Shown: positions 18,841 through 28,028 of the stretch, one piece after another | Numbering within the stretch: the first letter of the stretch is position 1 | Layout of the letters: each line of letters opens with the position of its first letter | Notes under the pieces: generated by a model | Databases searched by the model: none | Told to the model about the DNA's origin: nothing | What the model saw: only the letters and a program-made list of their open reading frames with translations | Assembly (NCBI GenBank): GCA_012838945.1 | Contig: DUOG01000083.1 | Span: 16,072 to 80,071, forward strand | Source: Acholeplasmataceae bacterium | GTDB lineage: Bacteria > Bacillota_I > Bacilli_A > ML615J-28 > CAG-313 | Direction: 5' to 3' | DNA length: 64,000 bases | Position numbers and translations under genes: made by a program

Positions 18841-20691
18841 ATGAGTATTATAAAACTTCCTCCCCATCTTGCAAATATGATTGCTGCTGGAGAAGTGGTT
18901 GATCGCCCACTAAGTGTTGTTAAAGAATTAGTTGAAAACAGTATTGATGCTGGAAGCACTAGTATTAAGGTTCAACTAGTTGAAAGCGGGATTACTAAAA
19001 TCACTGTCATTGATAATGGCAGTGGAATCGACCAAAGTGAAATGCTAATTGCTTTTCAATCACATGCTACCAGTAAAATTAAAACCGCGGAAGACCTATT
19101 TAAAATTGGCTCCCTTGGCTTTAGAGGGGAAGCCCTGCCATCGATTGCTGCGGTTAGTGTAGTAACTATGACCTCAAGCACTACTGGAAATGAGGGGTAT
19201 TTCTATACTTTAAAAGCTGGTGAAGTAGTTGATGAAGGTCCTACGCAAATGACTAAAGGCACTAAAGTAGAAGTAGAAAAATTATTTTTCAATACACCTG
19301 CTCGTTATAAACACTTGGGTTCAACCTATCAAGAATTGAGTTTAATAACTGACTATTTATATAAATGTGCTTTATCACATCCTAATATTGCATTTACCCT
19401 AACTAATAACGATAAAATTCTCTTTAATACGAGCGGCAAGAATGATATAATTGAAACGATGGGAGAAGCTTTTGGTTTAGAAACTGTCAATAATGTCTTT
19501 TATTTTGAGGGGAAAAATTCGCTTTATAAAATATACGGTTACACCTCAAATAATCAAGTATTTCGCTCTCATAAAAATAACATTACTGTCATTTTAAATG
19601 GCCGTGTTATCCGAAACTCGGGACTCATCTATGCTGTTAGTGAAAGTTATAAATCGATCATACCAATCGGTAAATATCCGATAACGGTTTTATATATTGA
19701 AAGTGATTTGACATTGGTTGATGTTAATATTCATCCTTCTAAATTAGAAGTGCGCCTAACCGATGAAACAACTTTGAAAAATTTAATCACTGATACAATT
19801 AAAAAGGTTCTTTATAACCGACCGCTAATCGAACAAAGAACGGAAAATGTAAATCAAGATTATTTTAGACAAGAAACTTTTCCAGATGATGTAGAGCTAG
19901 TATCTAACGAAAAAGAGGAGGAAGAAATTCTTTATACCGAAGAAGTAAAAGAAGTAGTAAAACAAGAAGAGTTTTCATTTTCTGATTTTTGGGATGCTTA
20001 TCCCGATAGCACAACGGTTATTAAAGAAGAACCAATAGTGATTGAACCGGAAAAACCAGTAATTGAACCAAAAGTTAAGTATGAACAAACTGAAATAAAT
20101 AAGACCTCATTTTTTGAGAGTTTAGATTATTTAGGACAATACAATCAAACCTATTTATTGATGCAAGGTGGTACAGATCTTTATCTGATCGATCAACACG
20201 CAGCAATGGAACGGGTTATGTATGAAAAAATACGAAAAAGTTTCTCAAATGTCACAAACGATTTTTATGATTTGTTAATTCCGTTTCAATTGGAGTTTTC
20301 AGTTTCTGAAGCTTTACTTATTATAAGCAAAATGGATGAAATCAAATCTTTAGGAATTGTTATTGAAGAGTTTGGAAATACTGCTTTTATCGTACGCAGT
20401 ATTCCAATATGGATTCCCAATGGATTAGAAAATGAGTTTGTTTCTGATATTATCAATCATATAATTAATAACCGGGAAACCGGAAAAGCTAAAATGTATG
20501 ACAGTTTAGCAAAAAGTTTAAGTTGTAAAGAGTCAATTAAAGCTAATATGCATATTGATCGGGAAGAAGTAAAGAAACTAATGAGTGATTTAGATCGCTG
20601 TGAAATGCCTTATACCTGTCCTCATGGAAGACCAACTCTAGTTAAATTTACGCTTTATGAAATTGAAAAAATGTTTAAACGGGTGATTTAA
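18841..20691 (+). CDS. mutL: DNA mismatch repair protein MutL
   Basis: 616 aa. N-terminal GHKL ATPase motifs (ELVENSIDAG, DNGSGI). C-terminal dimerisation domain. Start abuts mutS stop. Confidence 0.92.
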   Translation: MSIIKLPPHLANMIAAGEVVDRPLSVVKELVENSIDAGSTSIKVQLVESGITKITVIDNGSGIDQSEMLIAFQSHATSKIKTAEDLFKIGSLGFRGEALPSIAAVSVVTMTSSTTGNEGYFYTLKAGEVVDEGPTQMTKGTKVEVEKLFFNTPARYKHLGSTYQELSLITDYLYKCALSHPNIAFTLTNNDKILFNTSGKNDIIETMGEAFGLETVNNVFYFEGKNSLYKIYGYTSNNQVFRSHKNNITVILNGRVIRNSGLIYAVSESYKSIIPIGKYPITVLYIESDLTLVDVNIHPSKLEVRLTDETTLKNLITDTIKKVLYNRPLIEQRTENVNQDYFRQETFPDDVELVSNEKEEEEILYTEEVKEVVKQEEFSFSDFWDAYPDSTTVIKEEPIVIEPEKPVIEPKVKYEQTEINKTSFFESLDYLGQYNQTYLLMQGGTDLYLIDQHAAMERVMYEKIRKSFSNVTNDFYDLLIPFQLEFSVSEALLIISKMDEIKSLGIVIEEFGNTAFIVRSIPIWIPNGLENEFVSDIINHIINNRETGKAKMYDSLAKSLSCKESIKANMHIDREEVKKLMSDLDRCEMPYTCPHGRPTLVKFTLYEIEKMFKRVI

Positions 20692-21605
20692 TGAAAAAAG
20701 TTATTATTATTACCGGTCCTACGGCAGTTGGGAAAACTAAACTATCAATAAAACTTGCTCATCTGCTAAAAACCGAAATTATTAGTGGCGATGCCTATCA
20801 GATTTATCGTAATATGAATATTGGCACCGCAAAACCAACTATGGCTGAGCGTGAGGGCATAATACATCATCTTATGGACATCATTGATCCGAGTGAATCA
20901 TATTCAGTTGCTGATTATCAAACCCAAGTTAGATCAAAGATTGATGATTTGACGAGTCGAAATCTTATCCCCTTAATTGTTGGGGGTAGCGGACTTTATA
21001 TAGATTCAGTAATCTTTGATTATCAATTCAATGCTCCATCGAGAAATCAGGAGATTGAATCGAGATTTTCAGGTTTGGATAATGAAAGTTTGCATCAGCA
21101 CTTAGCATCATTAGATGCAGAAGCTGCTCGAAATATTCATCCTAACAACCGAAAACGGGTCTTGAGAGCGATTGAACTTGCTGATAGTGGTTATAACTAC
21201 CACCATAACAAAGATCGAACCAAACGCTTATATCAGGCTTTAATCTTCTTTTTAAATGATGACCGTACTACTCTTTATCAACAAATAAATGCTCGCGTGG
21301 ATGAAATGATGAAGCAAGGCCTCTTAGAAGAAGCCGAAAAGATTTTTCATCAACCTTTGTCTATTCAAGCTGCTAAAACAATGGGATACCAAGAATTATT
21401 TCCTTACTTTAAAGGTGAGATAACTTTAGAAGAAGCGGTTGATCAAATCAAAAAGAATACTAGACGCTATGCTAAGAGACAGTTAACATGGTTTAGAAAT
21501 CGTGACGATGTTATCCAGGTAATGATAAATCGAGAAAATTTTGATGAAACGATAAATTTTGTCTATCAAAAATCACTAAGCTTTATTAAAGGAGAGAAAC
21601 TATGA
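20691..21605 (+). CDS. miaA: tRNA dimethylallyltransferase
   Basis: 304 aa. P-loop GPTAVGKT. Overlaps mutL stop by 1 nt. Confidence 0.9.
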   Translation: MKKVIIITGPTAVGKTKLSIKLAHLLKTEIISGDAYQIYRNMNIGTAKPTMAEREGIIHHLMDIIDPSESYSVADYQTQVRSKIDDLTSRNLIPLIVGGSGLYIDSVIFDYQFNAPSRNQEIESRFSGLDNESLHQHLASLDAEAARNIHPNNRKRVLRAIELADSGYNYHHNKDRTKRLYQALIFFLNDDRTTLYQQINARVDEMMKQGLLEEAEKIFHQPLSIQAAKTMGYQELFPYFKGEITLEEAVDQIKKNTRRYAKRQLTWFRNRDDVIQVMINRENFDETINFVYQKSLSFIKGEKL

Positions 21606-22897
21606 GGAAGATATCAATTTTATGTCTGTTGCTAGCAATGATGTTTCTAGGTGGATGTCAAGAGAAAGAAGTTCTTGTTGAAGAAGAAATAACGATAAAT
21701 ATGTATTATGGTGATCAGATTGATATACATGATTATTTAGAAAATTTAGATTCTTTCTACTTTGACAATAATCAAAAAATAGAAGAACTAACAGCCGGGA
21801 ATCATGAATTATATCTCCATTATCGCTTGAAAAACGATAATACCCCTTATAAACAATTATTTAAAATTAATGTGAAGGCGGTGAATTTAGGATACAATAT
21901 GGAAACAAAAACAATTAACAAAGGTAATTATCAAATATTTAACAATGAATTAGAAGCTGGTGTCTTAGAAAACTTAGATTATGTCAATAATAGTTTAGTC
22001 TTAAGAGATAATCAGATTCAAGGTAGTGTTACGACGCCGATTTATGAGGCTCCATTATTTAGTACCATAGTTGCTTCTTGGAATGCTCTTACTGATTCTA
22101 ATAACAATATTGAATTAATGGTGAGAGTTCGTGTAGATGGTGCTTGGAGTAATTATTTTTCATATCGAGCATGGTCTAAGAACAAAATAAACTATACAAT
22201 TGATACAAAAGATCAATTGGCTAGAATATCCATAGATATGATTGATATTTTAGATGGCAAGTATGCTGATGCTTTTCAAATCAAAGTATTTTTAAGAAGA
22301 GACAACTTGGAAATTAGTTCTCCAATTTTAAAAATGTTTTCGGTGGCCCTTGATTTGAAAGATGAATCAACTTTTGTTTGTGAAGATGATTATTATCAGG
22401 TAGTTGATATTCCTAAAATCACCCAAATGGATGAACCAGGAATCGGTAACATCATTTGTAGTCCAACTTCAACCACCATGATGTTAAATTATCTTGGTAT
22501 TGATATCACTAAAGGTGATTTCGCGAGAATGGCTCGTGATAATCGTAGTAGTACAATTTACGGTAATTGGACTTATAATGTTGCTGCTGCTGGTGAATTA
22601 GGAGTTAATGCCTATGTCGCTAAAATTACTATGGAAGAATTGAAAGCTTTTATCGCATCAAATCAAGCAGTAGTAGTAAGTATTAGATCGACCAATTCCA
22701 ATCCGCTGACTGGAGCTCCTCAACAATATCCAAGTGGTCACTTAATGGTTGTTAAAGGATTTACCATTATTGATGGAGTTGAATATGTAGTAGTTAATGA
22801 TCCAGCTGATCCTAATGTGGAAAATGTTGAGCATTTGTATCGAGTAAATGAGTTAAATAATACCTGGAAAGGTTACTCATATATTATTTATAAATAG
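21602..22897 (+). CDS. Lipoprotein with C-terminal papain-like (peptidase C39-like / BtrH-type) domain
   Basis: 431 aa. Lipobox MFLGGC. C-terminal NIICSPTSTTMMLNYLG (CxPTS..M.L catalytic Cys) and downstream SGHLMVVKG (His). Confidence 0.5.
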   Translation: MRKISILCLLLAMMFLGGCQEKEVLVEEEITINMYYGDQIDIHDYLENLDSFYFDNNQKIEELTAGNHELYLHYRLKNDNTPYKQLFKINVKAVNLGYNMETKTINKGNYQIFNNELEAGVLENLDYVNNSLVLRDNQIQGSVTTPIYEAPLFSTIVASWNALTDSNNNIELMVRVRVDGAWSNYFSYRAWSKNKINYTIDTKDQLARISIDMIDILDGKYADAFQIKVFLRRDNLEISSPILKMFSVALDLKDESTFVCEDDYYQVVDIPKITQMDEPGIGNIICSPTSTTMMLNYLGIDITKGDFARMARDNRSSTIYGNWTYNVAAAGELGVNAYVAKITMEELKAFIASNQAVVVSIRSTNSNPLTGAPQQYPSGHLMVVKGFTIIDGVEYVVVNDPADPNVENVEHLYRVNELNNTWKGYSYIIYK

Positions 22898-22924
22898 AAA
22901 AACAATAACGAAAGAAGGTAAATT

Positions 22925-23581
22925 ATGAAAAGAAAATTTTTATTATCTTTTTTACTGATTGCATCTTTAATACTACTTGGTGGATGTCAAGATCGCACAA
23001 AACAACCAGATGTTGATATTAACTTCAGTGTTTCACCAAATGGTGGTGGGGAAGTTAAAGCAAATTATGATGATTTTAAACTAAATGATGGGGTTGTTTT
23101 AACCGCTATTCCTAAAGAAGGTTATATTTTCAAGAACTGGACCGAAGATGGAAATGAAATAAGTACTAATGAAGTATACAAATTTCGCGCTTTAACTAAT
23201 CGAACACTGGTAGCTAACTTTGTTGAGAGTTTCAACTTAGAAGTTAAATTTGATCCTACTGAAGAAGCCGGAAAAATCGAAGCAGAAAAAGCTTATGAAA
23301 AAAATACCGAAATTACCATTAAAGCAACCGCAAGTTATGGATATGAATTTGTTAAATGGGTTGATGAAAATGGTAATGAAGTAAGTAAAGATAAAAACTA
23401 TACCTTTACCATCACAAATGACACAGTATTAACGGCTGTTTTTGAAAAGGTTAGTCCAACTGAATCTTCACAAATCATTACTTTTGTTGTTATAGTTGTG
23501 TTGATTGCTGGTGGAATCGCTTTAACATTAGCTCTAAAGAAGAAGCGAAAAGTAACTGCTGGAAATAAAACATCAGAATAA
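22925..23581 (+). CDS. Lipoprotein with two InlB B-repeat (Listeria-Bacteroides repeat) domains and C-terminal TM anchor
   Basis: 218 aa. Lipobox LLGGC. Two repeats ending GYIFKNWTEDGNEIS...TLVANF and GYEFVKWVDENGNEVS...VLTAVF. C-terminal hydrophobic helix plus KKKRK. Confidence 0.55.
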   Translation: MKRKFLLSFLLIASLILLGGCQDRTKQPDVDINFSVSPNGGGEVKANYDDFKLNDGVVLTAIPKEGYIFKNWTEDGNEISTNEVYKFRALTNRTLVANFVESFNLEVKFDPTEEAGKIEAEKAYEKNTEITIKATASYGYEFVKWVDENGNEVSKDKNYTFTITNDTVLTAVFEKVSPTESSQIITFVVIVVLIAGGIALTLALKKKRKVTAGNKTSE

Positions 23582-23668
23582 ACCACTTGAAGCCTAGTTT
23601 ATGCTAGGCTTTTAAATTTGCTTATTATATAATTTTTGATTTTTAATATAATTATATAGGTGAGCATA

Positions 23669-24691
23669 ATGAGAAAAGTTATTGGTTTAATAATAGTAGC
23701 TATAATTTCCTTAACTAAAACAGTGGATCATCAAGCCACGATAAATGATGTATCGGCCCGTAGTGCAATCCTAATGGATGCAGGAAGTGGTAGGGTGATG
23801 TTTCAAAAAAATATTCACGAAAGACTTCTTACTGCCAGTATTGCCAAGATTATGACCGCAATCACCGCAATCGAACATCTAGATTTGGAACGTGAAATTA
23901 CCGTAACCAAAGATGTTTTAAAAGCCCATGGTTCTAGTATATATTTAGAAATAGGTGATCGGATTAAGATAATAGACCTCTTATATGGCTTAATGTTAAG
24001 AAGTGGTAATGATGCCGCTTTGATGATTGCTTTAAGTTACAATGTTAATGAAAGTTACTTTGTCAGGCTAATGAATGAAAAAGCAAAGCAATTGAAGATG
24101 ACCAATTCGACATTTGAAAATCCTTCAGGACTTGATGAAACTACCAAAAATTATTCAACGGCTTATGATATGGCTGTATTAATGCGTTACGCTCTACAAA
24201 ATACAACCTTTAGGATGATTATCAGTACAAAACATTATGTAGCCAAAACAGCAAGTGGAAAAATATTAGATTTTTATAATAAACATCGTTTAGTTTGTGA
24301 ACATCCACAGGTAACTGGGGGCAAAACAGGTTATACCAAACTTGCTGGAAGAACCCTCGTTACCAGCTTTCAAAATAAGGGAATGGAAGTAATTGTAGTT
24401 ACCTTTGATGCTGGAGGGGATTGGAATATTCATAAATCCCTTGCCAATTATGCTTTTGAGAATTTTAAGAATGAACTAATTATTAGTAGACGTCATTTTA
24501 AGCTGGCAACATGTCTATATAGTTTTGACTTTTTTCTGGAAAGAGATGTTTACCTACCTTTAAAAGAAGGTGATGAAGTTTATTTAGGTTTATATCTTAA
24601 ACCTGAAAGTAAGAAGAATAAAGGGCTTATAGGGCAACTTAATGTATATTTAAACAATGAATTAATCTTAAGGGTGCCGGTATATCAATAA
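23669..24691 (+). CDS. dacB: D-alanyl-D-alanine carboxypeptidase (low-MW PBP, DacB-like)
   Basis: SxxK (SIAKIMT), SGN (RSGNDAA), KTG (KTGYT). Start ATG 23669 after SD aggtga. Followed by spmA-spmB as in the Bacillus dacB operon. Confidence 0.85.
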   Translation: MRKVIGLIIVAIISLTKTVDHQATINDVSARSAILMDAGSGRVMFQKNIHERLLTASIAKIMTAITAIEHLDLEREITVTKDVLKAHGSSIYLEIGDRIKIIDLLYGLMLRSGNDAALMIALSYNVNESYFVRLMNEKAKQLKMTNSTFENPSGLDETTKNYSTAYDMAVLMRYALQNTTFRMIISTKHYVAKTASGKILDFYNKHRLVCEHPQVTGGKTGYTKLAGRTLVTSFQNKGMEVIVVTFDAGGDWNIHKSLANYAFENFKNELIISRRHFKLATCLYSFDFFLERDVYLPLKEGDEVYLGLYLKPESKKNKGLIGQLNVYLNNELILRVPVYQ

Positions 24692-25284
24692 TGCTAAATA
24701 TCATTTGGGTTGTTTTAATACTATCTGGTATTCTATATAGTATATTCACTGGAAATACTAATCAAATCGGTGAAATAATATTAAACTCATCACTGGATGC
24801 CTTTAATCTATTCTTTAAGGTAGCTCTTTTACTAATTTTTTGGAATGGGATGTTTCAAATTGCAATCAATAGCGGGATGATAAAAAGAGTTAGCAAAATA
24901 TTAAAGCCCATACTAGTAAAACTTTTTCCTGAAATTCCTTATGAAAGTGAAATATTTGAGTATATCTCAGCAGCAATTATTGCTAATGTATTGGGTCTTG
25001 CTGCTGCAGCAACCCCGCTGGGCCTTAAAGCGATTGAAGAGATGCAAAAAATAAATACCGATAAAAGAAAAGCATCAAGATCAATGATTACTCTCTTGTT
25101 ACTTAATATTAGTAGTTTAACGCTTTTTCCTTCAACAATCATTAGTTTAATGCATTCATTTAATAGTAAATCAACTAACACCTTATATCTGTTATTGTTT
25201 GTCACTACTAGTATCGGAACAATTTTTGCGATTATGCTTGATAAGGTATTTGCTTGGTTTTATTCAAGGAGGGAAAAAGAATGA
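24691..25284 (+). CDS. spmA: Spore maturation protein A (nucleoside-recognition domain membrane protein)
   Basis: 197 aa polytopic membrane protein directly after dacB, with start overlapping the dacB stop. Gate/nucleoside-recognition-like pattern. Synteny dacB-spmA-spmB. Confidence 0.7.
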   Translation: MLNIIWVVLILSGILYSIFTGNTNQIGEIILNSSLDAFNLFFKVALLLIFWNGMFQIAINSGMIKRVSKILKPILVKLFPEIPYESEIFEYISAAIIANVLGLAAAATPLGLKAIEEMQKINTDKRKASRSMITLLLLNISSLTLFPSTIISLMHSFNSKSTNTLYLLLFVTTSIGTIFAIMLDKVFAWFYSRREKE

Positions 25285-25775
25285 TTGCGATTGTCATTTA
25301 TGTAACGATAATATTAGTCTATTCTCTTTTTAAGAAAGTTGATGCTTATGAGTCTTTTAATCAAGGAGCAAAAGAAGGTTTAAAAGTATGCGTTAATATC
25401 TTTCCGCCTCTCTTAGCCTTCATCGTGTCAGTCAATATTTTTATGAAATCAGGAATTACAGATGCACTTGGAAGTCTATTTTCCAACAAACTAGTACCAC
25501 CAGAAATCCTATTACAAGGTTTTATAAGGCCGTTATCAGGAAATTCATCCTTAGTTTTAATGACTAAAATATATGAAACCTATGGTGTCGATAGTTTGTT
25601 TGGTAAAATGGCTACCCTTATTCAGGGTACCAGTGACACTACTTTATATATTGTTTCGTTTTATTTAGGAACAGTTTCCATTAAAGATAGTAAGTATGCT
25701 ATAAAAGCTGGTCTTCTGATAAATCTTTTTACTTTCATTATGGCTATTGTAATTTGTTTGATATTATTCGATTAA
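25281..25775 (+). CDS. spmB: Spore maturation protein B
   Basis: Start MIAIVIYV at 25281 with SD aaggaggg. Small polytopic membrane protein. Third gene of the dacB-spmA-spmB arrangement. Confidence 0.7.
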   Translation: MIAIVIYVTIILVYSLFKKVDAYESFNQGAKEGLKVCVNIFPPLLAFIVSVNIFMKSGITDALGSLFSNKLVPPEILLQGFIRPLSGNSSLVLMTKIYETYGVDSLFGKMATLIQGTSDTTLYIVSFYLGTVSIKDSKYAIKAGLLINLFTFIMAIVICLILFD

Positions 25776-25801
25776 ATGCGCATAATTCGTGCGCATTTTT
25801 A
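25776..25801. terminator. Rho-independent terminator after spmB
   Basis: Hairpin atgcgcataattcgtgcgcat plus ttttt. Confidence 0.75.
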
Positions 25802-25863
25802 TCTTAACTCTTTTTAGTTGTTAAGAAGGGCTGTTTTTTGGTATAATATTATAGGTGAATTAT

Positions 25864-26613
25864 ATGATTAGATTACAAAAAATTATTGCTGATGCTGGAG
25901 TAGCTTCGAGAAGAAAAGCCGAAGAGTTGATCTTAGCAGGGCGGGTAAAGGTTAATGGTGAGGTTGTCACCGAATTAGGTTATAAAGCAAGTCCCAAAGA
26001 TATCATTATGGTTGATGACAAGGTGGTAAGCAAACAAGAAAAGAAATATTATTGTTTATATAAGCCACGGGGTGTTATTTCTTCGGTAAGTGATCCGTTA
26101 AATAGAAAAACCATAATTGATTTATTAGATGAAGATCTTAAATCTTATCGGTTATATCCCGTAGGACGTTTAGATTATGATACCAAAGGTATCATCCTTT
26201 TAACTAATGATGGAGAGTTTATGAATTTAATGGTAGGACCTCAAAGCGGAGTTCAAAAACAATATTTGGCTCGCCTTGATGGTATTATTGACAAAAAGAC
26301 ATTAGCCACTCTTGAAAAAGGTATTGTGATTGAGGGACAAAAAACACTTCCTTGTATAGCGAGAAGAGTATCAGTAGATCGAAAACATCGTTCTAGTTTG
26401 GTTGATATAACCTTAACTGAAGGGAAATATCATCAAGTGAAGAAGATGTTTGAAGCGGTTGGCTTCCCGGTTAAGAGACTAACTAGAGTTCGCTTTGGAT
26501 GTGTTGAAATTGGAACAATGAGTGAAGGATCATATCGCCCCCTTACCATTCATGAAATAAAAACGTTAAGAGTGCTTGCTCTAGAGGATAAGATAATAAA
26601 ACGCCCTAGATAG
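25864..26613 (+). CDS. rluB: rRNA pseudouridine synthase (RluB/RsuA family, S4 domain)
   Basis: N-terminal S4 domain (RLQKIIADAGVASRRKAEELI). Catalytic motif VGRLDYDTKGIILLTNDGEF. Confidence 0.85.
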   Translation: MIRLQKIIADAGVASRRKAEELILAGRVKVNGEVVTELGYKASPKDIIMVDDKVVSKQEKKYYCLYKPRGVISSVSDPLNRKTIIDLLDEDLKSYRLYPVGRLDYDTKGIILLTNDGEFMNLMVGPQSGVQKQYLARLDGIIDKKTLATLEKGIVIEGQKTLPCIARRVSVDRKHRSSLVDITLTEGKYHQVKKMFEAVGFPVKRLTRVRFGCVEIGTMSEGSYRPLTIHEIKTLRVLALEDKIIKRPR

Positions 26614-26635
26614 TCATATACAGGTCATTTTATAG

Positions 26636-26697
26636 CATTTGAGTGGATAATTACCCACACAATCAAAATTCAAACGCTGTAATAAGGGTTGGTAGAA
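26636..26697 (+). repeat. Copy A of ~55-60 nt conserved intergenic element (TTGAGTGGATAATTACCCACA-N-CAAACGCTGTAATAAGGGTTGG)
   Basis: Near-identical to the copy at 29878-29938. Related copies at 30122-30182 (+), 30813-30877 (-), 31097-31155 (-), 31640-31702 (-). Lies in the promoter/5' UTR region of the PAP2 gene. Confidence 0.8.
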
Positions 26698-26709
26698 AGG
26701 ACAGGTAGT

Positions 26710-27597
26710 ATGTTTTTATATTTTGCTTGGGAATTCGAATTAATAAAATGGTTACAAGAGCATAGTAATAAAATAACTGATTTCTTTTTTAACGCAGCTT
26801 CATTATTTGGAGAAGAAATTATTCTAATAATGGTGGTGGCAGTTGTTTACTGGTGTATCAGTAAAAGACGTGGCGAATATATTGCTTTTTCACTTATGAC
26901 ATCAATCGCCTTGAATGCCATATTGAAAAATATATTCTTAGCTAAACGGCCATTTGAATATGAAGGGTATGGGATTATTAATAAACGTCCCGCAACCGCA
27001 ACCGGAACATCATTCCCGAGTGGTCATACGCAATCTGCATCAACCGCTTTTACTTCGCTATACCTAGCATTTAAGAAAAAGTGGATGTTGTACTTTGCGA
27101 TTATCATAACCATTTTAGTTGCCTTATCACGGATTAATTTAGGGGTTCATTTTGTAACAGATGTTGTTGTTGGTGGTATTCTTGGAGTGGTTTTTGCTAT
27201 CGGAGCTTACAAACTCTTTAACACTTTTGAAAAACAGAAGTTTTTAATCTATTTAATTATTATCCTATTCTTAATACCGGTGTTAATTATCATCGATGAT
27301 AAAGCAATTTATATGGGGGCTGGTCTCTACATTGGTTATGTCAGTGGTATCTTTGTGGAAAATAAGTATATCAATTTCACAACTGAAAGTACCCTTTTAG
27401 AAAAGATAATTCGTGTTTTATTAGGCGTGGTATTGCTTTTTGGTTTAAAAGAAGGTTTAAAATTAATCTTTCCAGAGCAAAATCTATTCCACATGATTAG
27501 ATATGGTTTAATTAGTTTTGTTGGGATAGGCCTCTATCCTGTTACTTTTAAATACATCAACAAAGGTTTATTGAAAATGAGCAAACGGGAAGTCTAA
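26710..27597 (+). CDS. PAP2-family membrane phosphatase with extra C-terminal TM domain
   Basis: PAP2 motifs KRPF (LAKRPFEYEGY), PSGH (FPSGHTQSAS), SR...H...D (LSRINLGVHFVTDVV). Start ATG 26710 with SD aaaggacagg. About 295 aa. Confidence 0.8.
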   Translation: MFLYFAWEFELIKWLQEHSNKITDFFFNAASLFGEEIILIMVVAVVYWCISKRRGEYIAFSLMTSIALNAILKNIFLAKRPFEYEGYGIINKRPATATGTSFPSGHTQSASTAFTSLYLAFKKKWMLYFAIIITILVALSRINLGVHFVTDVVVGGILGVVFAIGAYKLFNTFEKQKFLIYLIIILFLIPVLIIIDDKAIYMGAGLYIGYVSGIFVENKYINFTTESTLLEKIIRVLLGVVLLFGLKEGLKLIFPEQNLFHMIRYGLISFVGIGLYPVTFKYINKGLLKMSKREV

Positions 27598-27610
27598 TCC
27601 CGTTTTTTTC
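27583..27610 (+). terminator. Rho-independent terminator after PAP2 gene
   Basis: aaacgggaagtctaatcccgttttttt overlapping the stop codon. Confidence 0.7.
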
Positions 27611-27698
27611 TTTCAAAATAGTTAAAAATAAATAATCATTTAAAAATTACTAATATATTAATAATGAACTTATTTAAAAGGGGGGGAGTAAGTAAACA

Positions 27699-27881
27699 AT
27701 GTTTGATATCTTATTGGCGATTACCATTACGTTAATAGTTACTGTTATAGTATACTTATTAATAAGAAAAGCGGTAAAAGCCCGCGCAAAATGTGACTTT
27801 GTGACATTAGGATTTATCATTTGGTTTATCCTATTGTTGACAATAGGATTAACTCTCTTGTATGTTGGATTGTTCCTATAA
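27699..27881 (+). CDS. Small two-TM membrane protein (60 aa), hypothetical
   Basis: ORF with SD aaagggggg. Two hydrophobic helices. Followed by a long hairpin terminator. Coding status unverified. Confidence 0.35.
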   Translation: MFDILLAITITLIVTVIVYLLIRKAVKARAKCDFVTLGFIIWFILLLTIGLTLLYVGLFL

Positions 27882-27904
27882 TGTTACAATAATGTAAAAT
27901 AATA

Positions 27905-27962
27905 TTGCCTGCCTAAAGTAGGTGCTTAATGCAAATTAAGTACCTACCGAAGCAGGAATTTT
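27905..27962 (+). terminator. Long imperfect hairpin plus T run (terminator-like) after small ORF
   Basis: cctgc...gtaggtgcttaat gcaa attaagtacctac...gcagg then aatttttatta. About 20 bp nested stem. Confidence 0.55.
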
Positions 27963-28028
27963 TATTATAAATATACTCATCACTTGTATTTTTGACTATA
28001 TTTATGTATAATAATAATGGTGATATTA

